DNA from: Eledone cirrhosa
Lineage: Eukaryota
NCBI GenBank assembly: GCA_964016885.1
Contig: OZ024743.1
Coordinates: 351,664,001-351,728,000, forward strand
Length of the DNA stretch: 64,000 nucleotides
Direction: 5' to 3'
The stretch's first letter is position 1. Each line of letters begins with the position of its first letter. The notes below the pieces were generated by a model. It did no database searches, was not told the origin of the DNA, and was given only the letters and a program-made list of their open reading frames with translations. The position numbers were made by a program, and so were the translations under genes. Below, piece after piece: positions 26,030 to 39,460 of the stretch.

Positions 26030-26145
26030 TTTTTTTCTTCTTTGAAACCAAGAGGGGTGTCAGGGACCCAACATTGTCCAAGCCTTTCTCGTAATGTTGT
26101 TTGCACTTGGTCCACCAATTCAATAGGATCCACAGATGCCGACAT
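26030..26145 (-). CDS. ORC4: ORC4 first coding exon (whole exon 26030-26173 includes 5' UTR)
   Basis: ATG at 26145 gives MSASVDPIELVDQVQTTLRERLGQCWVPDTPLGFKEEK; phase-2 donor matches the next exon; acceptor atttcag ends at 26174. Confidence 0.82.
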
Positions 26146-26429
26146 GATTTCATCCAGCTCTACTGCCTACAATCTGAAATAAAGTTACACAATTATTATT
26201 CTCATCAAATAAGACTGAACATATTTTTTCTTCTCAAATTCTTTTCTCTTTTATTTAACTTCTTATAACTCTGAATAAAAATGACTACATGGGTCAGACG
26301 TGGACCAAACATAGTGAAGGCAACCCATCTAGGAGAGCAGTGACTCTATATGAAAACAACTGCACGGGGCAGACATGGAGGGCGTAAGGAAGTCAATCCA
26401 CCTAGGAGGGCAGTGACTTCGATCAAAAA

Positions 26430-27460
26430 CGAAAAAGATGATAGAGGTAGTTAGAGTTAAGTGACAGAATTATCAAGTTTAGAATAGCTGTAGGAAATAG
26501 AATGGCGACAATTGCATCATTCATGCACTACAGGCAGGACTGAGTAAAGAAAAAAAGGACAGGTTTTATGAAGAACTTTTACTGACAACCTCAGTTATTG
26601 ATAAAAGATACTTCATCATATTGGCAGGTGACTTCAATGTACATGTTGGACAGTACCAGGATAGATTCACTGGAGTTCACGGCGAGATTGAGGCTCCAGG
26701 AATTATGATGCAAATAAACTAACCATTTGCAGCACAAATTTCAGGAAACCAGCCACCTGATCACATCCCAATCAGGCAAACACACAAGCTAGATTGATTT
26801 CTTACTTGTAAGACAATGAGATAGACAGACAGTAATAAATGCTAAGGCCTTCTCTGAGGAAGAATGTGCTGCCCAACACAAGTTAGTTATTAGTGATATC
26901 AGGATAAACACAAGACAGAATAAGATACTCAGGAAAATATGGAGACGGAAGGTTTGGAAGCTAAAATACTTTTCTGTTAAATATAGGGTTAGAAAGGCCT
27001 TACAGGATGCATTTGATGAGAGAGGAGACAAGTTAGATACATATGACATAGAGGACAATTGGAAATTCTTACACGACAAACTATTGTGAACTACTGATGA
27101 GATTTGTGGCTGGAGCAAAGCGCCAGCCAGACAGAGGGAGACCTAGTGGTGGAACAGCACAGTAGAGCCAAGAGACAGGCATGGAAAGACTGGAAAAATG
27201 GGGGTAGCAGAGACTGATACCAGGTAGCTAAGAAAGAAGATAAACAGATATACATAGCTCAGAAAGCAGCTGAAGAAAGTTTGCCAATATCTTGCAACGT
27301 GAGGACCAGAGACGTGAAGTGTTCCGCATTGCAAGGCAGTGTGTCAGTGTGGTTCGTGATGTTGTTGGGGAAACACGGTCTTCCAACGTGGCTTGTCTCA
27401 CAACAGGACAGCTCGTCTAACCCATACTAGCATGGAAAATGGACATTAAATGATATTGAT
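26430..27460 (+). mobile_element. Decayed RTE LINE, AP-endonuclease region
   Basis: LAGDFNVHVG, LIDFLLVR and QHKLVI motifs by manual translation; homologous to 48177-48872. Confidence 0.75.
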
Positions 27461-27779
27461 GACACATACATGTATGTATGTCGTGGAGATGTCATAGTGA
27501 CATACAGCATGCGTGGTTCAGTGTTGCACTGCCCTAGGTGCCCAAAACATCAATGTATATTATACAAATACACTCTCCCACACCCTAACACCCACTTCTA
27601 TCCACACCACCCTTACACTGTAAAGTTATGTTGGTATCACAATAAAAAAGCATCTAGCCCACACAGTAAAGTGGTTGCATGGGTGTCACGACAAAAAGCA
27701 CCCAGCCCACACTATAAAGTGGTCATGAATGTGTCACGACAAAAAAGTGGATACTTGTGGCTTTTAGTGAATACAATAA

Positions 27780-28790
27780 AAGAATTCACTAAAAACCACC
27801 ATTTCTTTCCAGGGTGTCCAACTGGGTAATAGGCACACTACTGGTCGGATTTGTTGACCCCACTCATATATTTATTGTAAAAGAGGTTAACTAAAGGTTT
27901 GCCTTCAGCCCCAACACCTTGTTGTTGGTTAGAAGATAGGAATAGTATTTGCTATTTGTCTTTTTACAATGTGACTAGCATGTTCGTTTTTTGCACCTGG
28001 AGAATGTCCCCTCTTTTTTTAAATTTTGTTAGTTTTATTTCTTGGGGTAGCCCTTTGCAATTCCCTATTATTGTACCGTAGGTGTACGTATTTACGAGAG
28101 CAAGATCCTCTGCTAGAAGCACTGAAGAAAAAAAAACAGTCAAAATATATGTGCGTGTTGAGAGTGGAAGGGTTCAGTCAGAGACCACACAACATCATAT
28201 CCCAATCCATTTTTTCTCTCACCGTTATGTTTTTTCCCTGTGTAAATATCAAAGTTTGCACAGTAATCTGTGTCCGATTCACAGAGTTCCCACACCTTGA
28301 AGCCCCATTTGGTGGGTTTAGCTGGCATATACTGTCTGAAATATACCCTACCCTTATACCCAATCATTGCTTCAGAAACACAGATATTTTCCAGGTATAT
28401 ACAGTTTTCAATTTTTCAGATAATTTATTAATTAATCGTTGAACTTTATAGCGAGGATCGTTATTCGATTTATTTCTACCGGAGGAACTTGAAGTATTGA
28501 CCAGGTACAAATACTGATTTAATTTTAAGTACCTTGTTTTCGGCATACTACTTGATATATAAGGGTCACTAAACCTTATATCAGCACTCCAGTAATTCCA
28601 CGATCTTGGAAATTGCTTTATACCAAACATTATATTAACAGTGAAAAATGCTTGAATTTCTGCAGCATCTGTTAGTTGCCATAATAGATCGACTTCTCCA
28701 CGATTTGAAATTTTTTGTTGGGCATATCAATTTGTCTCTTTTGCCACAACTTCAAAGAAAGTCTGTGGCAAAAACAAAAAGAAAAACGAA
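27780..28790 (-). mobile_element. piggyBac transposase remnant (PGBD4-like)
   Basis: MIGYKGRVYFRQYMPAKPTKWGFKVWELCES..YCANFDIYTGK and MPKTRYLKLNQYL; frameshifted. Confidence 0.88.
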
Positions 28791-29427
28791 TGAAACAGTT
28801 TTAGTCTTGTAGAAGTAATTTCTATATAAAATAAAGGTATATATATATATATGTGTATACATATATATGAGTACTAGACCATCCGTGACCCATTCGGTCA
28901 TGTTCACTTCAAAATATCTTTTTTTAAATCATGTTCACTTAAAAATAATTTATTAAATAACTAAAATATACAGACATGTATATAATGTGAAATGAAGCTG
29001 GAAGGTCCATATATATACGTGTGTATGTATATATATATGTGTGTGTATGTATACATATATATATATGTGTGTATATATATATATATGTGGGTGTCTGATC
29101 TATATACACTGGTCATAGACGCACACACACTCACACATATATATATATACACAACACCAGCTCTCTCTCTTCCATTTTCCTTCTCTGTTACCCTCCCTCT
29201 CTTTCAATCTACTCTCTCACAACCACTATCTCTTTATCTGTTTATGAAGGTACCTGAAAAAAACCCATATCTCGGGAACACGTGCAAATAAAACAAAACT
29301 TGTTTTATTTCATTTGTATTCCCATTTCAGAGCAACTTCCTTTCAAAGTATTTTCCCATTATGCACCCTTTTGACTGTACTACATTACAGACAAGCAAGC
29401 AATCACAGACTTTTAGTATTATATAGA

Positions 29428-29882
29428 ATGGAAACCGCGGAGTGGGGAGACCCAAGATGACCTGGGATGAGGTGATAAAAGCCAACCTTACCCAATTACA
29501 CCTCTCAAAGACAATGACACACGACCGTGACTTCTGGCGTCACGCAGTAATACAGAGTACCCGACCTCCCATGGGTACAAGCTGAAGCATATAGACAATA
29601 TGCCCCCACCCCCCCCACCGCAAGGTGGTCGTGGAGGTGCCACGGCAAAAAAGCACCCAGCCCACACTGTAAAGTGGACGTGTAGGCGCCACGGAAAAAA
29701 AGTACCCAGCACTCACTGTAAATGAGGTTGGTGTTAGGAAGGGCATCCAGCTGTAGAAATCAAGCCAAATCAGTTCCTGTATGAGCAAGGCATGGTCAGC
29801 CGACCAGACACTGCCCACAACAGGACAACCTGTCTAACCCATGCTAGCGTGGAAGAACGGACGTAAAACGGTGATGATGATA
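29428..29882 (+). mobile_element. RTE LINE 3' end (family R2)
   Basis: GRPKMTWDEVIKA followed by a 3' UTR nearly identical to the minus-strand copy at 62778-63431. Confidence 0.85.
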
Positions 29883-30087
29883 TAGATATCATCATCGTCA
29901 ACATTTAACATCCACTTTCCCATGCTTGCATGAGTCAGACGGGTCATCCACATCAAGAGACAAGTCTGGCCAGGATTGGCAACACCATACATTTCTCTAA
30001 TGGAACTGTAAATTTGGCCAAGGTTTTTACAGCTGGATGCCCTTCCTAACACCAACCACATTTACTGTGTGGGACTGGATGGCAACG

Positions 30088-30570
30088 TTATGAGGAGGGA
30101 CAGGCTAGTTGGTTGCACCGAACCCTTCTCACAGCGGAACCACAGTTTGGGAGCCTGGAATTGGATGGCACCACTATAAAGGGGGACTGGCCAGATGGCT
30201 GCACCGAACCCTTCCTTACAACGGGACCACATTTTGGTGCAGCAACCACATTATGAGGAAGGACAGGCCCGTTGGCCATGCCGAACCATTCTCACAGCGG
30301 AACCAGTTTCAGTCCACGACTACGTTTTCTGTGAGGAAGTCATAGCTTGGGAGCCTGGAACTGGATGGCATTGCTATGAGGAGGAACAGGACAGTCAACT
30401 GCGCCAAACCCTTCACACAGCAGGACCACAGTTTGGGTGCCAAGAACTAAATGGCACAGCTATGAGGAGGGACAGGCCAGTTGGCTGCGCCAAATCCTTC
30501 TCACAGTAGAACCACAATTACATTGTGGAACTGGGTGGCACCACTATGAGGAGGGACAGGCCAGTTAGCC
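30088..30570. repeat. Degenerate minisatellite (about 75-100-nt units)
   Basis: About six recurrences of TATGAGGAGGGACAGGCCAGTTGGCTGC..GAACCAC. Confidence 0.75.
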
Positions 30571-30579
30571 GTGGGGTAC

Positions 30580-31620
30580 CCTTATCAATGTAGTCCATGC
30601 TCTTTATCAACTCTTTCTTAATAGCTTCATCTTGTAGACGAGCCACATTTACTTTCTTTGGAACGGTTACACCATGAACACTAACCTTCACTTTCACAGC
30701 AAACTTCACCTTTGCACAAATCAGACGATCATCAGTCCAATATTCAGCTCCATGCACAACCCAGTCACTGCACACATCCAAAACATCACACCTATAAACA
30801 AAAACATAATCAATCATGTGTCACTGCTTTGAGCCTGAATGCATCCAGGTTGTTTTGTATTTATCTTTCTGTTGAAACATGGTGTTTAGTATGCACAGAT
30901 CCAACTCCTGATATATTTGTAGCAACAGCAAACCATTGCTATTTCACCTTCTGGCTCCAAGTTTTAGGTTTCATAATCCTTGCTATTTCTAGCATTGTAG
31001 CCACCTAGAATGACAACTTTGTCAGCCTGAGCAATTATGCAGATAAATTCCTTCAGTGAAAGAGAAAAATAGAGTGTTACGTCTCAGAGGAACACATGGT
31101 TGGAGTGTAATTCTCATTGACATAAGGCCATCAGTTAATCCACATGGAAGCTCTTCCAACTTAGAAACTAGAGGATTCTTAGCAGCAAATACTGTCAGTC
31201 TTCCTCTTGCATTCTTCTGCTCTTCCTCTCCAATAACCAGACTGTTCCATGAAGGGGCCTTCTTCAGAATCTTGTTCCAGACAAGGCCATTACCCAATAT
31301 TCAAAGGCTAACACTTTCTCGCAGTAGCAGTATGCTGACCGGCGCCCAGGTTGCAGTGCCTTGGAACACCTGCCAAGCCAGACCCTTTCTCTATCCATTC
31401 CAGAGACCTTATTGTTATTGGTCTGAAAGGTATTGATGTCCTTCATTGTGTGGTTTTGCCTTTTTCAGCTACAGCCAGCCATGACATGCAATGCATCTCA
31501 AATATCAAGCGATACCTGTGCTTCAGGCTTTTTTAAGTGAGGAGAGTCTTTGCTTAGCGCCAAGCCCACTCTTTGAACTTCAAATGCATTTACCCAAAAA
31601 GAAGAACTGGGGGTCTACAT
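30580..31620 (-). mobile_element. Decayed RTE-type LINE 5' end and endonuclease region
   Basis: MIDYVFVY..DVLDV..WTDDRLICAK resembles the C-terminal motifs of an AP endonuclease. Confidence 0.6.
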
Positions 31621-31922
31621 CATTGGATGCAAACAAAGTTACACGTTTTACATCAATATCTTGATATAAAAATAAAAGTTGAAAGTTAAAAGATGAAAAA
31701 GTTAAAAAAGTAAAAAAAAAAGAAAGGGCTGAAAATTAAAAGATCAAAATCATCATCATCACCATTTAACGTCCATTTTCCCACACTAGCATGGGTTAGA
31801 CGAGTTACCCCATTGTGAGATAAGTTCAATTAGGTGACTGTGTCTGACTCATTTATAAAAATATATACACAAAATATATAATTATATAAAGAAATCTATC
31901 TAAATAAAGAAATCTCTAAATA

Positions 31923-32870
31923 TATTGGGTTGAACAGAAGGTTCTCACCGCTTTTCAATAGTAGGTATTTTGATAGAGTTTTCTGGAAATGTTGAAGTGA
32001 CATTGGTATGCATTACATGCATTTCTCATTTTCTGTTACGCCATCAAAGACAAAGTAACATGGATCTATCCAAATCAAATATTCATGGCTGTTTTCTTTA
32101 TAACTTCAAATCTGGCATAAGTGCAGCAGCATTGAGTTGTCACATTAACAATGCATTTGTGTCACACACAATATCTGAACACATAAGGATTGGTTTGCAC
32201 ACTTTTGTTTCAGTGATTACAGCCTTGAAGATTGACCTCACACAGAATGTTCATCTGACTTCAATGACAAGTAACTGCGTGAGCTGATGGAAGCTGGCCT
32301 ATGCCAGACATTACGGCAACTCTCTGAAGTGCATGGGGCATCAAAAACAACCAGTCTCAATCACTTGTATGCAATAGAGAAAGTGTCCAAGCTGGACCAA
32401 TTGGTGTCCCACAATCTGACTGACCGTAATCATGAATGTCGGGTGGCAGCTGCAACTTCTTTGCTCTCCTACTATCGCACAACCAACTGGTAACATTCCA
32501 TTGTCACTGGTGATGAAAATTGGTGTCTCTACATTAATGTCAAGCACAAACGATCATGGGTTGATAAAGAGTGTGTGCCACAACACCAAACAAAGGCTGA
32601 CCTCAACCAACGCAAGGTCCTACTGAGAGTCTAGTGTAATTGGAAAGGTGTCATCCACTATGAGCTGCTCCAATCAAACACCAGCATAACCACTGATGTG
32701 TATTGCCAACAACTTGATAGATTAGCAGCAAAAATCACACAGGTGCACCCACACCAAGATCCTGTTTGATTCCCTCTTGATAAAGCTCGGCCACATACAT
32801 CAAGAATGACTTGTGAGAAGCTGCTAGAACTAACTTGGAAGGTTCTGGCTCACTTGCCATATTTTGGCAC
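31923..32870 (+). mobile_element. Mariner transposon remnant
   Basis: Left end TATTGGGTTG; HTH region; IVTGDENWCLY, WKGVIHYELL, YCQQLDRL and DKARPH motifs; truncated where a PLE begins. Confidence 0.88.
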
Positions 32871-34250
32871 ATAACTGCAGCAGACACTTTTAGCACTTTA
32901 GGACTTGAGATCACAGTAGACACAAACCTCACTAGCACAGATTTTCTTGACATCAACCTGGTCCTATCAACAGGCACACATAAGCCCTATCATAAACCGA
33001 ATGAGCGGCTAAAATATATCAACAGAGGATCCTGCCACGCGTCTATGGTTTTTTAAAATCTAGTGCCTAACATTAGCCATAGTGTCTCAAACTTATCTAG
33101 TAGAGAAATATTTGAGGAGGCAGCGGCGTACTATACAAAGCCCTCAAGATATTGAATATAGAGAACAGATCAAATACATACCTAATAGGCACCCACCTAG
33201 AAATAAAATAGCAAAAGAAAAATAATCTGGTCTACACCTCTAAATGTAAAGACTAATGTAAAAAATTCTTAGACTTTATTGATAGGCTTCATCCCAAAAC
33301 ATAGGTACAGTAAAATCTTCAATCAACATTTGGTGAGAATATCCTATTCATGCACACCCCAAAATACAAACCAGATGAGGATCCAAGATGCTCTTGCAGG
33401 AAGAAAGACAACTGATCATAACTACAAAATTGTAATGTAAAGTGCATTGTATATGAGGTAGAGATCAAAAACACAAATACCAACCAGCCAGAAACCTATG
33501 AAAAACATGTAGGTATGGTCCAAGATAATTTAAGCAAAGGTTCTACTAGCACCTCTCTTCATTCAGATATCCCGACATGAAAACCACCACAGTGCTTACA
33601 AAAAGAGTTTGGCAACTAAAAGAAAAAGGAGTACCGCATGATATTATATGGAAAGTGCTTGAAAAGTCCATGCCATACATACGAAAAGATGCCTGCTCTG
33701 CCTCAGCGAGAAATTTAGGATCTTGCAGGGTTTATACTCACCGGACACATATCTAAACTCCAAGACGGAAGTCTTTAGACATTGTTTGCATCAGAAGGCC
33801 CATATCTTGTCGAACTGGAAGCCCACCTTATAAGATACCCCCTCACAGGACCTGCTAATAATCCTCCATGATCCTATTCCTCCCTGTCACCTATCCATGC
33901 ACAAAAAATGTAAACACATCACATCTACACTAAATAATAGTCTGTTGAAAGAGGGTTTAGAATTACAATATCACATTGCACCCTATCAATCACATACAAT
34001 CAGCAATTAAAAAAAGAAAATGTTTGCATATTCAAATTTTAGACATTAGAAGAGACAATCATTTACAATATAACTGATAAGCCAGATTAGACAGTTACAC
34101 CCCAAAAGTTACCTCCCTTGATCCCCCAGAAGTAAACATTCTATGATTTCTATTGGTAACTTAGTTTTATAACCCAGTGAATCAAAACTGAGCACCCTTC
34201 AGGTAACAATAAACCCTTGTCTTAAAATGCATGAAAAGCTTGTGACAGCC
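32871..34250 (+). mobile_element. 5'-truncated Penelope-like element
   Basis: LGLEITVDTN..DFLDINL..PYHKPN..YIN RT tail, then GIY-YIG-region remnants (FKQRF..HLSSFR, CLLCLSEK, LNSKTE). Confidence 0.82.
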
Positions 34251-34494
34251 TTCAATTACTATAATTTGTTTATAACCATTTTTAATAGTGCATTAAATTA
34301 AAATATTATTGAAATAGTATCATGTCCCAAAATCTCAAAACTTACTTAGTTCTATACCTACTACAAATGTGCCAAAAACAAATGTGCAAAGTCCCTGTGG
34401 CTTATACTTTTGGATTTAGCAAGGTCTGAAAGCACATGAAAAGCTTATGCTCACGTCGCAAAATCGATTGTTTCGGCCCAGGATGGCTAACATA

Positions 34495-34897
34495 ACCCCA
34501 TCCCCCCCCGCAAGTTATGTTGGTCCCACAACATCCAGGCCGAAACAAATGAGATCGTGTAGGTGTCACGACAAAAAACACACAGTCCACGCTGTAAATG
34601 TGGCCGTGTAGGCAACACGGTAAAAACATCCCAGCCCCACACTGTAAATGTGGTTGGTGTTAGGAAGGGCATCCAGCTGTAGAAAACCCGCCAGACAGTC
34701 CACGCTGTAATGTGGCCGTGTAGGCAACACGGTAAAAACCTCCCAGCCTCACACTGTAAATGTGGTTGGTGTTAGGAAGGGCATCCAACTGTAGAAAACC
34801 CGCCAGACAGTCCTATGCGAGCAAGACAACCACTCTTGCCTCAAGTGGGAAAACCCCCGTCCAAACCCATGCAAGCGTGGAACACGGACGCTAAACC

Positions 34898-34929
<32 letters not shown>
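34495..34929 (+). mobile_element. Solo R1 RTE 3' UTR
   Basis: Near-identical to 2578-2983, including the duplicated 115-nt block and (GAT)n tail. Confidence 0.9.
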
Positions 34930-34949
34930 CAACAAAATAGGCTCTACAT

Positions 34950-35086
34950 CAGGCATGGGAAACCTTTTTTAAACAGTGGACTGCACAAGATGTGGTTATC
35001 ATAAGGCAGGCTGCAGTACTAAAAGATTCAAGGAAAAAATTCAAGGCATTCAGAAGGCCAAATGGGCCGTAGTTTGCCCATGATTG
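34950..35086. mobile_element. hAT (Charlie-like) MITE
   Basis: TIRs CAGGCATGGG / CCCATGATTG with near-identical 8-bp TSDs CTCTACAT / CTTTACAT. Confidence 0.7.
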
Positions 35087-36489
35087 CTTTACATAAATAT
35101 TTTTTAAATTGCCCCAAAAAACTTTCATTTTCAAGAACCTGAAAAAAATAGGCAACTGCTATCCCATGGACACTATTAATTTTTAATTTGTGTAATTTGA
35201 AGATGATTATCACTTCAGTTTCAAAGATATGACATCACAAATATGGCTAATTATTCATTTAGGCCGAATTAATCAAGATTTCAATCAATTCGCTGACCAT
35301 TCAAATTGTCATTTTTCCTAAAATATTCACCGAAGTGTCAAAATGTTTCTTTTTGGATGCTCTCCAAGAAAAAATACAGTAGAAGTTAGATTTAAATATT
35401 TTCAAAAATTCAGTGATACCTACTAAAATATAACTCAAAGGGAGATAACAGGTACTAACAGAAATATATTTCCCATCACCCATATAGGGACACCTGTAGC
35501 AGTAATTTGAACTCAGTGTCTCCATGCATACTAACCTCTGGGCAACTCATTTTCCTTTGTTTCAGATTTTGACGTCAATCAATATGGGGAAAGCATCCCT
35601 CTAGAGTCATTTGCAGGTTATCAAAGATAACACTTTCTTCAAGCATTCTGCTCTCGTCTCGCAAAAGAGACACATCACACAGAGTTGCTCTAGCAAACAG
35701 AGGGATGTGGTTCGCAATACAAAACTCCAGCCCTCTCGACAGGGTTAGTACTTCTATTAAGTTTAGTTCCATGCATCTTGTCAGGCTATTTCAGCATTCA
35801 TGCAAACGAACCACAACAATTCACTTGATTCTTTATCTTCCTGTGTTGTCAAAATAGCTTCGGCGTAAGTTATTTATCAATAAAAATTGTTAGGGTAACA
35901 ATGTTTGTTATTATTCATCGGATATTGCTAATGGCAGCTTCACCTTCAACTACTGACAATGGCAATGAATACAGCCACACATCTTGACTCACAGACATAT
36001 TCAAGACATCATAAGTCACAAATATTCCCACAGTGCATATATGGGAGAAAGCAATTGACGGAATCACCCATTAAGCCAACTATTACTACCGCAAATTCTG
36101 CTATACAAAAGTAAACAATAAGCAAAAATACCACCAGCTCTCCACGCGCTACAACCAAAGAATCTGCATCACTACACACCCATCAAACACATTTATCCAC
36201 CCGCATATATACACAGACACATATGCATAGTCATACCCACATATATAGATACATGCATATACACACATATACATGTACGTATAAAAAAACTCATAAATAC
36301 ATACACATATAGATACAAACATACACCCATACCATTCCATATAGTCACACAGTACAACCCCAATGTGCCTACACTCACAAAGATACACAAGAGAGACCAA
36401 AAGATTTACCTTCACACATACACTCAGATGTAACCCTATATAGACATACACATACTTGTACACCCATACACATATGAAGCTCTTCTACG

Positions 36490-37295
36490 CTGAAGTGAGT
36501 TGGGCTTGTCTGTTCCTGACAAGGTGGAGGACAAACGGAGTCAGAGAGCTTGGGACAGCATACGTTCGAAGGCCACCTATGACTCTCTTCGACCAGTCCA
36601 ATCAGTTCTCAAGATGTCACTTACTGTCTGCTAGCGCCAAATACTCAGGCGACTGGGTTGATGCCCTACCCATAGTTAACATTGGTGGCCTACTCAGCAT
36701 GGACGAAATTCATGTCTCCATTGCCTTCAGAGTGGGAGCTGATGTCTGTAACGGTCTGAAATGTTGGTGTGACAAGATCCTCGACTCCACAGACCTCCAC
36801 GCTCTATCTTGCGACATGAATGCCGGTCGCTTCGCGCATCACACGGCGCTAAACCTCATCACCAAAAGAGCTTTGTCCCGTGCAAACATCGCCTCAATTT
36901 TGAAACCGTCTGGGTTGTCCAGAATTGATGGGAAAAGACCTGACGGTTTTACCCTGTGCCTCTTGTTAAGAGGCAGGTGCCTTATCTGGAACGTCACAGC
37001 TAGTGACTCTTTTGGTTCTTCCCACATCCTGGATGCAGCGGTTAGAGTGAGAGCTACAGCTTCCGCAGCCAAATGGAACAAAATCCTGAAATCTGTCGGC
37101 TAACTACATTTTCCAGTGTGTGGTGTTCCAGACGTTTGGGTGAGTCAGGCCGCTAACTGCAAGGTTTTTGTCTTCACTGGAGGGTCGCCTAACATAGGTA
37201 ACTGGTGATGTTCGTGAGGGCGCTTGGTTGTTCCAGCACATCAGCCTCGACATCACCCGAGGTAACGCTACGAGCGTGCTGACTTGCCTCAAAAA
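36490..37295 (+). mobile_element. Second CRE-like non-LTR retrotransposon fragment
   Basis: ORF 36456-37103 has a CWCD..HALSC zinc motif, GKRPDG and IWNVT; homologous to 6130-7310. Confidence 0.78.
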
Positions 37296-37629
37296 CTATT
37301 AGAGGTTTCCCAGTGTTCCTTGCGATATTGTTATCTTTTGCTCTGGCAGCGGTTCGTTTGTCAACCCCTTTCTCCCACCTTTTGTTGTATGTGGTCCTAA
37401 ATGTATGTATTATTGCTTGCGTGTTTTCTTTTCCACTTTGTAACATTATGTTGACGGTTACGCCTTAATAAAACTTTCAGTCGTTAAAAATATACATATA
37501 TATTTATACATACAGACACGTTACGTTTATATATATATATATATATATATATGTGTTATACTTGTTGTAATAATATTGCCAGAAATAATGACAGAACACA
37601 CTCACTGTTTGGTTGGTTTTCGCTTAAAG

Positions 37630-39460
37630 CCAAGCAGAATCACTGCCAACAACTTCCAAGCGTCTAACAATGACATACCGGGCTCCGCAAAGACCATAAG
37701 ACAGCCGACGACAGGACCACCAAGACCTGTATGCGGAGCCAATATTGCTAGCAACTACAGGATCTACTTCCTCTCAATGGTTATACGCCCCATAATTAAG
37801 ATGTCCCCAGATGTATGTGACAGTACAGAGGACCTCCTCAGCAGAATCAATGAGTGCAACAAAAACAAAAACTTATCTAACTGCATAATAGGCAGTATGG
37901 ATGTAGTATCACTGTACCCATCCATTAACATTGATTTTGCTGTGGAAATAATCAATGAGAGCGAAGTGGAGTTCTGCGATGTCGACACAGATGAACTGGG
38001 CCTCCTACTTAGACTTACTTATGACACCGAGTACCTAGATAACCATGACCTTAGCTGTTTCTGCTCCAGTAGACACATAAGAGGTAGACACCCCACCATA
38101 ACCTCAATGGCTAAAAAGAGTCCCATGGGAAGGTGCAATGGATGGACCAAAGCCATACGGACACCCAAAAACAATAACCAGGTGAGAAAAATGGTTGCGC
38201 ATGCAATAGGGGCTAATATTAAAACTACCCTAAAGGGCCACATGCTTAAATTCAATGAAAAGATCTACACCCAGAATGAGGGAGCAGCCATTGGCGTCAG
38301 CATAGATGGTGATGTTGTCAATCTATTTATGGTATGGTGGGAAAGGAGACTCAAATATCTTGAAGAGAGCTCCATAGACCTTGTCATGTACTCTCGTACG
38401 AATGATGAAGAAGGTGTCCCGCATGTGCGACCCAACTGAAATGGAAAGACACATCTAACACTTCATCAACCGCATGCAGTTCTCTGGCTACAACCAAAGA
38501 GACAGAATCAGAGAATACAAAGGAGCCACGGAGAAGTACAAGACCCTCATAGAAATGGACATGAGAGGAATTTGCCCATTATACAGGAACAAATCATGGA
38601 ATAGCTTAGATAGGACTAAACATAAGATAGGGAAAGCCACTTCATGGTACGACAACCAGAGATACCAGAGTGTCATGTTCGTGGATGCTACCCCTGGGGG
38701 GAAATTAGCTAACCAATGTAGAAAGGCCCTAAGAAAGACCGACTTAAAGATTAAAGAAATGTGTTATATGTAAAGTGAAGCCCCAGATAAACTGTAAAAC
38801 TAGAAATGTAGTCTATAGCATAAGATGTACAAAGGGTACTTGTAGAAACATGACGACATACATAGGTGAGACAGCTTGAAGCATAGGAGAAAGAATAGAC
38901 CAACACTGGGGGGGGGGGGGGGGGGAATTAAAAGGACAAAAAAACGGTTCAGTACTATACGAACACCCCAGACAAAGACATGACGGTAATATAGACAACA
39001 TAGAAATGAACCAACAGGTAGGCAAATCAGAGAAGCGAGTGAAATAGAGCTTAGAAAACCAAAGTTAAACAGAAAAAAATGAATGGAATAACAACAACCA
39101 TACCCAAACAAACAATACTGACTTAAGGGATAAATAAATATATATGGAGGCACATGGCTGAGTGGTTAGAGCATTGGCCTTGCAATCGAAAGGTTGTGAG
39201 TTCAATTCTCAGATCGGGTGATGTGGACGTGAAATGAAATGAAATATACACAAGTACAATAACAACAAACACATAGACACACACTAGTAAACAAAGATAG
39301 AATACAAAAACCAAAACACATACACCAAACATTATACACAAACGCATGCGCAGAGAGGAAGACAAAAATAAATAAATAAAATAAAAATGGAGGAAACATG
39401 ATAATAGTACCATTGATGATGTTGCAGATGTGCAACGAAAGAACTTTGTTAGACTATATA
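37630..39460 (+). mobile_element. Penelope-like element with internal deletions
   Basis: RT motifs IIGSMDVVSLYPSI and YTQNEGAAIG; GIY-YIG NVVYSIRC..TYIGET; C-terminal LNRKNEW; a SINE head is inserted at about 39145-39225. Confidence 0.85.
39404..39457 (+). ncRNA. Type I hammerhead ribozyme-like motif (C3U variant)
   Basis: ATAGT-AC-CA TTGATGA T GTTGCA(gatg)TGCAAC GAAA GAACTT TG-TTAG-ACTAT: perfect 6-bp stem II, bulged stem I, minimal stem III. Confidence 0.6.

Noticed and set aside
34070-34250. Possible hammerhead after the second PLE (CTGATAAG)
   Set aside because: No properly placed GAAA or stem II.
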